DNA of 63,245 nt, the filler included, from Octopus bimaculoides (lineage: Eukaryota), in assembly GCF_001194135.2 (NCBI RefSeq). It is 5 parts of 5 records of this genome, joined end to end, with 100 filler letters (N's around TTAATTAATTAA, not from the genome) between each part and the next. Parts side by side here need not be neighbours in the genome. Positions count along the whole stretch, not along the records: positions 14,112 to 28,593 come from NC_069008.1; positions 28,694 to 39,741 come from NC_068982.1; 3 more parts are not named here. The stretch is one strand, 5' to 3'. Position 1 is the first letter of the stretch, and every line of letters begins with the position of its first letter. This document shows positions 25,440 through 36,610 of this stretch, piece after piece. Made by a program: the position numbers and the translations under genes. The notes beneath the pieces are model-generated. The model searched no databases, was not told the origin of the DNA, and saw only the letters and a program-made list of their open reading frames with translations.

Positions 25440-26460
25440 NNNNNNNNNNNNNNNNNNNNNNNNNNNNNNNNNNNNNNNNNNNNNNNNNNNNNNNNNNNNN
25501 NNNNNNNNNNNNNNNNNNNNNNNNNNNNNNNNNNNNNNNNNNNNNNNNNNNNNNNNNNNNNNNNNNNNNNNNNNNNNNNNNNNNNNNNNNNNNNNNNNNN
25601 NNNNNNNNNNNNNNNNNNNNNNNNNNNNNNNNNNNNNNNNNNNNNNNNNNNNNNNNNNNNNNNNNNNNNNNNNNNNNNNNNNNNNNNNNNNNNNNNNNNN
25701 NNNNNNNNNNNNNNNNNNNNNNNNNNNNNNNNNNNNNNNNNNNNNNNNNNNNNNNNNNNNNNNNNNNNNNNNNNNNNNNNNNNNNNNNNNNNNNNNNNNN
25801 NNNNNNNNNNNNNNNNNNNNNNNNNNNNNNNNNNNNNNNNNNNNNNNNNNNNNNNNNNNNNNNNNNNNNNNNNNNNNNNNNNNNNNNNNNNNNNNNNNNN
25901 NNNNNNNNNNNNNNNNNNNNNNNNNNNNNNNNNNNNNNNNNNNNNNNNNNNNNNNNNNNNNNNNNNNNNNNNNNNNNNNNNNNNNNNNNNNNNNNNNNNN
26001 NNNNNNNNNNNNNNNNNNNNNNNNNNNNNNNNNNNNNNNNNNNNNNNNNNNNNNNNNNNNNNNNNNNNNNNNNNNNNNNNNNNNNNNNNNNNNNNNNNNN
26101 NNNNNNNNNNNNNNNNNNNNNNNNNNNNNNNNNNNNNNNNNNNNNNNNNNNNNNNNNNNNNNNNNNNNNNNNNNNNNNNNNNNNNNNNNNNNNNNNNNNN
26201 NNNNNNNNNNNNNNNNNNNNNNNNGGGGGATATGCGTGTCTTTGTGTCTGTGTTTGTGCCCCACCACCGCTTGACAACCAGTGTTAGTGTGTTTGCATCC
26301 CTGTAACTTAGAGGTTCAGCAAAAGAGACTAATAGAACAAGTACCAGGCTTAAAAAATAAGTACTGGGGTCGATTCATTCAACTAAAAATTCTTGATGGC
26401 AGTGCCCCAGCATGGCCACAGTCTAATGCCGGAAACAAGTAAAAGACAAAAAGGATAAAA
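25215..26460 (+). mobile_element. SINE family A spanning a gap at its internal microsatellite
   Basis: Head gtgcaggtgtggttgtatggttaagaagcc; tail ggaaacaagtaaaagac; N 25440-26224 inside. Confidence 0.85.
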
Positions 26461-26764
26461 GAGATGTGTGCTCTGTATTAATAGTTAACTGAAGAGGATG
26501 AAAGAGAGTGTTGATCTCAAGTTATATATATATAGGGTGTGGCCAGGAAGTTGGTCAAATCTAAAATAATGGACTGACCCTTCAGTGACCAGCAAAGGTG
26601 TCTGGAGGTCGTATGTTTCTCATAAATCTCCCAGCATGGAGATAAAACACAATGGAATCAGTCCTATAGATTCGGTTTCAAATCTCAGTTAGGCAGGGTA
26701 AGTGACACCCTACAGGATACTACAATAAGGCAGGAGTAAAGAAAAGAGGTAAAAAGATAGGGAG

Positions 26765-27192
26765 TTTGAAATAATTTGGTTTCGGGTTTTGACACAAGCC
26801 CAGCATCTTCAGGGAGTGGGATAAATTGATTACATTGCCCCTAGTGCTATTTTACTGACCCCAAAAGGATGAAAGACAAAATCAATCTTGGCAGAATTTG
26901 AACTCAGAACATAAAGACAAATGTTTGGTGTGCAAAAGATTCCACCAGATCACAACCTTATATTGGGCTTTGATATTGACTTCAAATTTTGGAACAAGAC
27001 CAGCTATTTTGGGGGGAGGGAATAAGTCAATTACATCGACCCAGTATTCAACTGGTACTTATTTTATTGACCCCCAAAAGGATGCGAAGCAACGTTGTCC
27101 TCGACAGAAGCTGAACTCAGAATATGAAGTTGGAAGAAATGTTGCAAAACATTTTTCCCAGCATAGTAGCAATTCTGTCAGCTCGCTGCTTT
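26765..27192 (-). mobile_element. Two tandem partial SINE family B copies
   Basis: gaccccaaaaggatg...gaactcagaa motif at about 26858 and 27070. Confidence 0.75.
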
Positions 27193-27872
27193 AACCCTTA
27201 CATATTCAGATTACTTCATCAAATGTAATACTTATTTAATCACACTGCTTTTAATTAATCATGCATTTCTCAATAACTTTGAAGTTTTAATGATGTGATC
27301 GCATATTTTTAGAACAGCATGGTAAGATAGGAGTCTAGATCTGACTGGTTTGAACATAAAACAGAATATTTGGATTGGATATGGCTGATTTAAATGCTAA
27401 AGGGTTAATGTGCATGTAATATNNNNNNNNNNNNNNNNNNNNNNNNNNNNNNNNNNNNNNNNNNNNNNNNNNNNNNNNNNNNNNNNNNNNNNNNNNNNNN
27501 NNNNNNNNNNNNNNNNNNNNNNNNNNNNNNNNNNNNNNNNNNNNNNNNNNNNNNNNNNNNNNNNNNNNNNNNNNNNNNNNNNNNNNNNNNNNNNNNNNNN
27601 NNNNNNNNNNNNNNNNNNNNNNNNNNNNNNNNNNNNNNNNNNNNNNNNNNNNNNNNNNNNNNNNNNNNNNNNNNNNNNNNNNNNNNNNNNNNNNNNNNNN
27701 NNNNNNNNNNNNNNNNNNNNNNNNNNNNNNNNNNNNNNNNNNNNNNNNNNNNNNNNNNNNNNNNNNNNNNNNNNNNNNNNNNNNNNNNNNNNNNNNNNNN
27801 NNNNNNNNNNNNNNNNNNNNNNNNNNNNNNNNNNNNNNNNNNNNNNNNNNNNNNNNNNNNTAATCTCCATAC

Positions 27873-28198
27873 CTTCGTTTTATTTGCTTTTTTCATTTTA
27901 AATTTGCTTTAACCCTAACCCTACGGTTAGGGTTAGGGTTAGGGTTAGGGTTAGGGTTAATTGTTTCAGAATCGTTTGTTTATGTAGTCGGCACTTAATG
28001 TATATCGGCTGAATGGACGTCAGTGATTGGTTGAAATTACAGAAATATGACAACTTTAACATGGAATAACTTATGGATTTCTTTTTTTTTTAAGAAGACT
28101 AAGAGAAAAAGATGTTTTATATGACACATTCTACCAGTGTTCCAAGTTTCAAAGTGTTTCGTTAATGAAAAATGTGGCCCCCGTTTTAAAAAAGATCC
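27873..28198. mobile_element. Non-autonomous foldback/MITE-like element with internal (CCCTAA)2/(TTAGGG)5 hairpin cassette
   Basis: Shares aatcgtttgtttatgtagtcggcacttaatgtatatcggctga...ggacgtcagtgattggttgaaatta and the end aatgaaaaatgtggccc(c)cgttttaaaaaagatcc with 44255-44599. Confidence 0.75.
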
Positions 28199-28230
28199 TT
28201 AATGTGTATGTAATAATGTAACTTCATCTG

Positions 28231-28368
28231 AAAGCAACGAGTTGGCAGAATCATTAGCATGCTGGGCAGAATGCTTAGTGGCATTTTGCCTTTCTTTACA
28301 TTCTGAGTTCAGATTCCACTGAGGTCAGCTTTGCCATCCATCATTTCAGGGTCAATGAAATAAGCACC
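28231..28368 (+). mobile_element. SINE family B 5' half
   Basis: gagttggcagaatcattagcatgctgggcagaatgcttagtggc...ctgagttcagattccactgagg. Confidence 0.75.
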
Positions 28369-28377
28369 ATACAGTTC

Positions 28378-28593
28378 TATATTTAAGAGATGAGGAATTA
28401 TTTACATTATTTACATTTGATGGATATTTATCCTCATCTTGTTTGTTGTAACACAACGTTTCAGCTGATATACCCTCCGGCCTTCATCAGGTGTCTTGGG
28501 GGAAATTTCGAACCTGGGTTCTTATTCCTAAGGTATTTTTCAATGTTGTTGTTATTATTATTATTATTATTATTATTCAGGTCACTGCCTGGA
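28378..28593 (-). mobile_element. Second copy of the hammerhead-tailed tRNA SINE (head cut by the gap pad)
   Basis: tcaggtcactgcctgga (end of tRNA head), (AAT/AAC)n, aggaataagaacccaggttcgaaatttcccccaagacacc, hammerhead, tail ...aaatgtaaataatgtaaataattcctcatctcttaaat. Confidence 0.82.
28450..28495 (-). ncRNA. Minimal type-I hammerhead ribozyme motif with intact CUGAUGA and GAAA core
   Basis: Minus strand gacac-CTGATGA-a-GGCCG(gagggtatat)CAGCT-GAAA-CGT-T-gtgtt; stem II has a G-U closing pair and one mismatch. Confidence 0.75.
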
Positions 28594-28791
28594 NNNNNNN
28601 NNNNNNNNNNNNNNNNNNNNNNNNNNNNNNNNNNNNNTTAATTAATTAANNNNNNNNNNNNNNNNNNNNNNNNNNNNNNNNNNNNNNNNNNNNTATATAT
28701 ATATATATATATATGCATGTGTGTTTGTATGCGTGTCTGCATATGTGTGGCTGTGTGTTTTCGGAGTTTGTCTAAGCCCTTTCTTTTGCAG

Positions 28792-29228
28792 AATTCAATC
28801 CGGTCACTAGCAATGTGCCTTTGCTCATTTTATGAGAAAACAGCTCTATGTATGCATGGATGTATATAAATGTATATTTATACTCTTGTGTAAATAAATG
28901 TCTACATCTAGATGTATTTTTCTAGTTTTGCAAACTGGTCTTTTGCTGACTAATGACTTCCTAAGGTAAAGTTTGATAGCTACCTTGTTTCATTTGTCGA
29001 AGTCTAATTACTTGTCAGATAACCGACTTTTGTTAAACCTAGCCATAAAATATAGAAGTAGTTTAATGAATATGCTGGGCCTATAAATTTGAAATGACAT
29101 CTTTCTTCGTGGATTGTATGTGTCTAATTTGGGTATCACATTTCCTTTTCTTTTAGAAATAAGTTGCATGGGTCAAAATATATAGTACAATCATTTTATA
29201 GAATAAATTGTTGTTGTTGTTGTTGTTT

Positions 29229-29280
<52 letters not shown>

Positions 29281-29293
29281 TATTCTTCTTCTT

Positions 29294-29363
<70 letters not shown>

Positions 29364-30057
29364 TATCAATGCTAATTATCGATGCTAAATGAGAATTAAG
29401 AGTTCCGTAAGCCGTGTTTTGTTCCTTTACAGAAGTTTATCTTGTTAAACCGACCAGGGCTATAGGCGACCGAACGTTTCGTTTTCTTACTCTCCTTACG
29501 AGGCAAAATGTGGAAAGCAAGTTGTCAATAAAAACAATAAATTTCCAGGAGTGTTTCCACGCTGGCCTCTTTGCTGGCTAAGAAACAAAACAAATATGCA
29601 GGGTGATTCTTTTGGTGAAACTGTTGCTCATAGTCTAAACCTCTCACTACAAGTTCTACTGTAGACTAATAATGAAATCATTATTATAGTTGTTGTAGCT
29701 GCTTCTATTGTTGCTGTTTGTTGGTATTTCTGTTGTTCTTATTGTTTACTGCTCAAAAAGAAGAGATGGGTTGTCAAACTGCTTCAAGAGGGTTGGATGT
29801 TTTCCAAGGTTACTGCATAAAATACTCGCCTTTTGTACAATATTAAACAGAAATTTCCGAATGTCTGGACGTTTACCCGAATGCCTAAGGTAGACTAAAA
29901 TGTATGTTTTTGAACGTTTATCTGTATTTTGTATGTTTACATACATTTTCATTTATGTCAATATGGTTTCCCTTTCCAGAAGAACAGGAAACGTCTCACT
30001 CTATGTAATAATGAACATGATAACACAGAGTACAATGAGATAAAAAAACAAAAATAA
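28792..30057 (+). pseudogene. Candidate small type-I membrane protein gene or pseudogene (signal peptide, Cys-containing ectodomain, TM, cytoplasmic EYNEI motif)
   Basis: Phase-compatible GT-AG segments 28792-28849 (ATG 28813), 28926-28965, 29433-29808 and 29980-30057 give MCLCSFYEKTALFLQTGLLLTNDFLR|SLSC*TDQGY...AKCG...WPLCW...L*TNNEIIIIVVVAASIVAV...K|KNRKRLTLCNNEHDNTEYNEIKKQK*; in-frame stops at 29446-29448 and 29662-29664; AATAAA at 30103. No homolog recognised. Confidence 0.35.
29205..29362. repeat. (GTT)n-(AGT)n-(CTT)n-(ACT)n array
   Basis: Read directly; the AGT and ACT blocks are mutually complementary. Confidence 0.95.
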
Positions 30058-31341
30058 TTCAATTAAACCGACAGACATATGTACTTGATTACCGATGATA
30101 AAAATAAAGATCTTTAACTAATAAAAATATTTTTTTCTAATGATACAATGAAAACTATCATCCACAACAGCAACAAAATTCGTTTCTAAGCTTCATTAGT
30201 CAAGCAGATACTGGTAGCAGACATTGCTCAACTGCATGTTAGTGGTATGTCAGTAATGTGAGTGGTTTCTTTCTGAGATGTTTATTCAAGAACGGACAAA
30301 GTGGCAGTCGGCAGCATCTCTGTTTCGCAAACGAAGAAGAGGTTTTCCTACGGCGCTCAAGGAAAACTTGTTGTTGGAAGCCTGAATTGATACGTGGAAG
30401 CATGTTTCCACTTAATCGACGTAGAGCATATGGAAGTGTGTATCTGGTTCCTATAACTAAAGACAAGGGAAGAAAACAGGCAAACCTAGCGCATCACACA
30501 CCTGCCCATAAACTGATCTTCCACTAGATATGGAAATGCAACACGAGAATCAAGGTGGGAACATTGGCAACACTCATCTTTTGTTTCAGTTTTACCTTCA
30601 TGGCACAGTACCGACACGTTGTGATCCTGAGTTAACCAGAAATTACACGTGGTCAGGTAACACGTCTATAAAGACATTTTAAGTCTTGATGCCCGTATGG
30701 AGACCTCGCAGTTACTGCAGAGCTGTACCCTACTGGGAGGCAGAAATAAATGGTATAAGCGAGTAGTGCAGGGCAGAAAACCATCTGTTGGACGTATGGC
30801 AATAATAACTATTTGAGTGCTCTCTACATAGAAAAGCCAGAAAGGCCAAGAAAGACAAAAGTAACAGCACAGGCAGCAGTAAAAACAATTTCGGATCATA
30901 GAATCTACCAATTGCATACCTCTACCGATCGAATAACTTGTTGTTTTGAGAATAACGAAAGGAACAATCTCATCATTAATGATAGATGATAAATGTTCTC
31001 CTCCACAATCGTCATAACCAGCAGTATTATTTCATCATCTTGCGACAATGGGGAGGACATATTAATTAAACAAGGATGATATGCCTTCGGAAACAGTGAA
31101 AAGAAATAGAAGAGAAATCTACTAGTGAAAACCACTTCCCTTGTCTATAATCAGCTATAACTTAAATTTCATTAGGGTGCAAACACTTTCTTATTCAATT
31201 TGTCGATTAGGCTGCTCATGTTCCTTTGAAGGGACCGATTACTTTTGGCACCTGGAATCAGAGTATATGAAAAAGTGATATGATCAGAATTGTATAGTGT
31301 ACTCTTCAAATCCGAGTGGTGGCTCCACATTTGTGTGAAAG

Positions 31342-31396
<55 letters not shown>

Positions 31397-34300
31397 GTAT
31401 GCATATTTGTTGTATTTCATTGTTTAAAAATATGCCTTCGTACATTGTATGATATATTTTCCCTCCACCTAATCTTTAAAATGACTTTCAATGTACGTAC
31501 CCACAATGACTCTTTACCACATGTCAAGGCATGTATGAAAGGATTATGATAGCAAAATAAACAAAGAATTACTGTTGTTTTTGCCCTGCTTCTTCTTGAT
31601 AGTGGTGGTACTGTTGTTGGTGTAGTTGTCGTTATTTAAGTCATCGGTGTTGTCGCTAGTGGTGCTATTGGCGGTGTTCTTCTAGTATTCTCATTTTGAT
31701 CGTGTACTTCCACAACTAAACCACGCGACTCTATCCGCCTTCGTAACGCTCCTGATTCGGTTTTCTTTTATGATTTTATGATTTTGACTACTTCATAAGA
31801 ACCTCATTAAGTACAAGTATTTACAAGTCCCAAGGTGTTAGGACTGAATATTTATTTTTAAACATGCAATATTTCAAATTCCAAGGGAGCATTATTAAGG
31901 TGAGCAATATAAATACTAATTTAGTCTGATTTATTTCAGTCGGTAGCTAGGTTAAAACACAGCGCAAGGCTTTGGAAGTGAAAAATTTCCAGGAAAATCT
32001 GTTAAATATTCAAATATGCACAAAGCAAGTCTATTTAAAGGAAATACAATGTTGCGCCATGTTGTGTTAAATGAGTGCATATGTCAGTTTATGAGCCAGT
32101 ATATTGTATGTATTTCATTGCTGTGTAAAGGTAAGTCAAACACTAAACCGTTATTATTGTTATTCTACTCAAGTCTTCGCTGGTGGAGAAGATTTATAGC
32201 ACAATGCACTTCACCAGCGACTATCATTTTCTTTTCTTTTTTTCTTTTTTCTTTACAGCTAGGACTACATTATTCAATGCTTCACATCTTGTTGAAGACA
32301 GCGGTGTGTGATCTAAAGAGGATTTGGCTAACATAGATATCATGTTCACTCCCTCGTTGTTCAGGACTGAGATTCAAACACGTAGTATACATACTTTCTC
32401 TGAAACAATTCGAATACACTTTATAAATAAAAACATTTTTCTTAAATCGTAGAAATTGTAAATTTGCTGCTAAGATCCTCATGTAAAGGTTACTACGTTT
32501 ATAGACAGTACATAAACCTAAAATTTAGACCATAAACCTAAATTTAGCTACAAAAGTGAGGAAGCAGTTAATTTTACACTTTTGATTCACGGTTTGTTTT
32601 TTCATCATAAAACAGCGAATATTAGCAGAATATTTTGCAACGCCCAGCCAGTGACTAGTGATTGACATATCATTTAACTTGGCCTAAAATGGAAAACAGC
32701 AAAATTAACATGTAGCACTTTAAGATTGAATGGCAGGCAATATATAGCATAACTGGCAACACAATTGTCCTGATAAACAAAGAAGACAGTCGGTAATTGT
32801 TGAGTTTTAGTATCTAATATATGCAGGCCAGTACAAAGCTGATAACAGACCCAAAGTAGGTATAGGTTCAAATGTAAATGATCTTAGAAATTATATATCG
32901 ACTCCATTTCAAATTGGCCCAGGTAATATGTAAAATCTAGACTTCCTTTCAAGCTTCATACATATTTTAGCGATATATACGTACGAGGAACAAAATAAAA
33001 GCAGTAGGACGATTTATAAAATATTAATTTATCACCAAAGAATCCCCCACTCCGTTTCTTTAAATGACTTTGAAGAAGAAGAGACTTGGGATGGCAGACC
33101 CAAGCAACAAGGTTCTGGATAAATGTTAAACTATGAAGTTTTATTCTGTATGCACATACCTATATGTATGTTCATACACACGTACATACAGATCGGAAGC
33201 CTGGCACCACACTAGCAAAATGTAATAACGCTGCTATCTTTCCGCGTATAATCAAGCAATATGTATAGTACTTACTGAAACGGATCTATCTGCAGATATA
33301 GTTTTGTAGATACAAGCTTAAATTTATTATGTTTTGTACAAGTAAGGAAGAAATTATGTTAGTATTTCCAAGTACATTTGCTAAGATGCAACTCCCTTAA
33401 TCAAATAGCAACAAAATGCAGGCGAGGAGCTGGTTGGATTCTGAAGCAATTCAAACTAAGAAAGGTGGAAACTATGTTGGAGCTGAAGAGAACATTTAAT
33501 TTTCAATCTTGCGGACTACTGTTCCCAATTATGGTTACCATGTAACGTCAACTTAATAGTGGAGGCCGAAAAAAATCCAGCATTTCTAAATCCAAAAGAT
33601 TGCTCCAGGGCAACACATGAGCTGCCACAAAAAGGTGAAAAGGACTGAGGCTCTATTCCTCAGAGCAAAGACGCGAAAGATATGCCGAGGGCTGCTGCTG
33701 CTGCTTCTGCTACCTATGTAACATGTGACTCTTAAAAAAGGCATGAACATACAGAACTGATATCATGAAAGACTGATTTAATATAATTTATTTCATTTTC
33801 TTCTAACTTTTATTTGAGCATTATTAAATCATATTTTTAAGCGATTGAGATTGGCAGCTTCTTTATACTAAAGTGCAAATACTTTCTCACAATTTTCAAT
33901 GATAAAATGTTCTCCTTTTACTTTTTCTTTGTTTGATTCTTGCTTTTTTTTGTGGGGGGGTACATAAATTTACTACTCGAATGATACCCCATTAACCTTT
34001 TCAATATAGGTATATCTGGAAAAACATGATCGATATGGTGTTTAATTTTCGGATTGAAAACTATACATCACCCCAATTGGGTGTCACTGTTCCATACAAA
34101 AGATCTTCCCCACACTATTCAGAATAGGGACCCAATACTGTAACAGCTTGGCGCCCATGATCTCGCATCATTTCAATATCTAATCGAACGTCTTCAGATC
34201 TACGACGTATTGATGTATATGTGGGAAAATTTAAAAGCAAAATTTTCATCTGAATCAGAGTTGATTCTGTACTCACACATATCATGGAAAGGAATGCAAA

Positions 34301-35947
34301 TGAGGGCAGCGTTTACCAAATCACTCATTCACCAAAACCAAACATGGAGAGAGTACTGACGGAACAAAATAAAATATACTCATAATCACACCAATGTGGA
34401 TGCCTCCGCATGGTGTCCACAATCTGTTTGAAACAATAAAACTTTAAAGTAGAAGTGTATATATATATATATATATNNNNNNNNNNNNNNNNNNNNNNNN
34501 NNNNNNNNNNNNNNNNNNNNNNNNNNNNNNNNNNNNNNNNNNNNNNNNNNNNNNNNNNNNNNNNNNNNNNNNNNNNNNNNNNNNNNNNNNNNNNNNNNNN
34601 NNNNNNNNNNNNNNNNNNNNNNNNNNNNNNNNNNNNNNNNNNNNNNNNNNNNNNNNNNNNNNNNNNNNNNNNNNNNNNNNNNNNNNNNNNNNNNNNNNTA
34701 TATATATGGTGGGGATAGTAGAAGAAGGCAAAATAAGTTCAGTATAGGTAACACAGGGTAGGACTCAAGTAGACGGGAACTTAAATTCCAAGTTCTTCAT
34801 CCAGGGTCGAAGCCTCCGCATCGAAAGTTAGCTATAAGAACAATCCTTTCCTAGTTGTTATGGAGATATCAAGTTAAGGCAGACACCGTACATTTACATG
34901 GATCACAAAATACACATTACAAAACAAGGGAAAAAGAATAGAAAGCAGATGCGAAGAATTATGTTAATTCTTATCTCGACAGAAGTTCCAAAACGGCCAT
35001 AGCTTACTTAAGTATTTATATTCATAAGTAACATGCGTATGACGTCATAGATTTGAGTCCAGCGAGAAGTCCCGACGAAATGAATACAGTAAGTTAGACA
35101 CGCCTTTTCAGGAGCAGAATGCAAAATCATAAACGTGCGTGTGAGTGTGTGTCAGACGCACATAGTAAGGTCTACTTCAGAATTAGAAAAGCCGATGAAG
35201 CGTTTGGTAGATTTGGAAACTATAACTAATAATTACTATAGAAATTTAAATATCAGTCTACAGTTCAATGTCTCTCTATTCTTCTTTATTTCAGGGAAAC
35301 ACTACATCAACGTAAAAACGTTGAGTAAAGATTTAATGGTCCCATCAATGGTGAATTCGGCGGCGACGGTGTCGATTTGGTGGTGATGTGAGCAATTTAA
35401 TGTTTCGCCATTCTAGTACGGTTACACTGGTGAGATACTAAGGTTGTTATTTCGTGACGAAAGTGATGAGGCAATATATTCTGAACACAGTAGCATTGTA
35501 GTAAATGAGATAATATTGAGATAATTGTAAGGTCAGCATTATCAGTAAGATTCTCCTGACAAGCAGAATATTCCGCTTACAAACAGAGAGCTTAATGAAG
35601 ATAGCGGAAAAAACATTCAAGGTACTTTTACTAAAAATATTTTGTTCATGCTCTATCCATTGAATCGCTTGAAGCAGTTCAAAGACTGGCACTGATATAT
35701 AATGAGGTGATCCATTATTCCTTGTTTGATTGTAAAGTGTAATTTGCAAGGTAATCACTCAGCAAGCTACACGTGGTTCATCCAAGGCCAATCAGACTGT
35801 TGTTGTTTCTCTTACTAAAACTGGTACTATTAATGTCTGAAATCATTTATAATAAAATGTTAGCGTAATACTTTTTTTCATAACATATTTCATTTTCAAT
35901 CAATCAAGATTTGATCATTTGTTTCCAAATATCAATATAATTGTGTT

Positions 35948-36610
35948 AAGGAGGCGAGCTGACAGAATCGATAGCACACGAGCAAAATGCTTAGCGACAT
36001 TTTGTCTGTAATTCAAACTTCACCGAGGTTGACTCAGCTTTTCATCCTTTCGGGGTCGATAAAATAAGTATCGGTTGAGCACTAAGGTTGATCTAATAGA
36101 CATATCCTTTCCCCAAAATTTCTGGCCTTCTGCCAATATTTGAAACCAATATTAAATCGATTGTGTGCGTGCGTGTGTTAAGGCATGGAGCGAGTAGACT
36201 TGCTAACAAGTCAGAGAAAACGCTTAGCGGCATTTCTTCTGGCTTTACATTCTGAGTTCATGTTCCACCGACGCCTAGTTTGCCTTTCATCCCTTTTGGG
36301 GTTGATAAGATAAGTACCAGTTCAACATTGGGGCTGTTATCATCGACTATCCCCACCATTACCACCCCCAAAACAAAATTAATTTCAGGCTTTGTGCCTA
36401 TAGTAGGAAGAAATATTGGTTTCAAATCTTGGTATAAGGCCAGGAATTTCGGGGGAGAGATTAAGTCGGTCACATCGACCCCAGTGCCCAATCTCGAAAG
36501 GACGAAAGGCAAAGTCGACCTCAGAGGAATTTGAGTTAAGTGCGTAAAGACGAATGAAATGCAGCAAAGCATTTTGCCCCGGCGTGTGTATTCTTCTAGC
36601 AGTGAATGGT
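35948..36610. mobile_element. Cluster of three family B SINEs: two plus (35948-36152, 36183-36410) and one minus (36412-36610)
   Basis: Heads ggaggcgagctgacagaa..., cores tttcatcctttcggggtcgataaaataagta; last two joined tail to tail. Confidence 0.85.

Noticed and set aside
27910-27959. True telomere or chromosome-fusion scar (also 44255-44329)
   Set aside because: Only a few units, embedded in a dispersed element with shared flanks at two loci.
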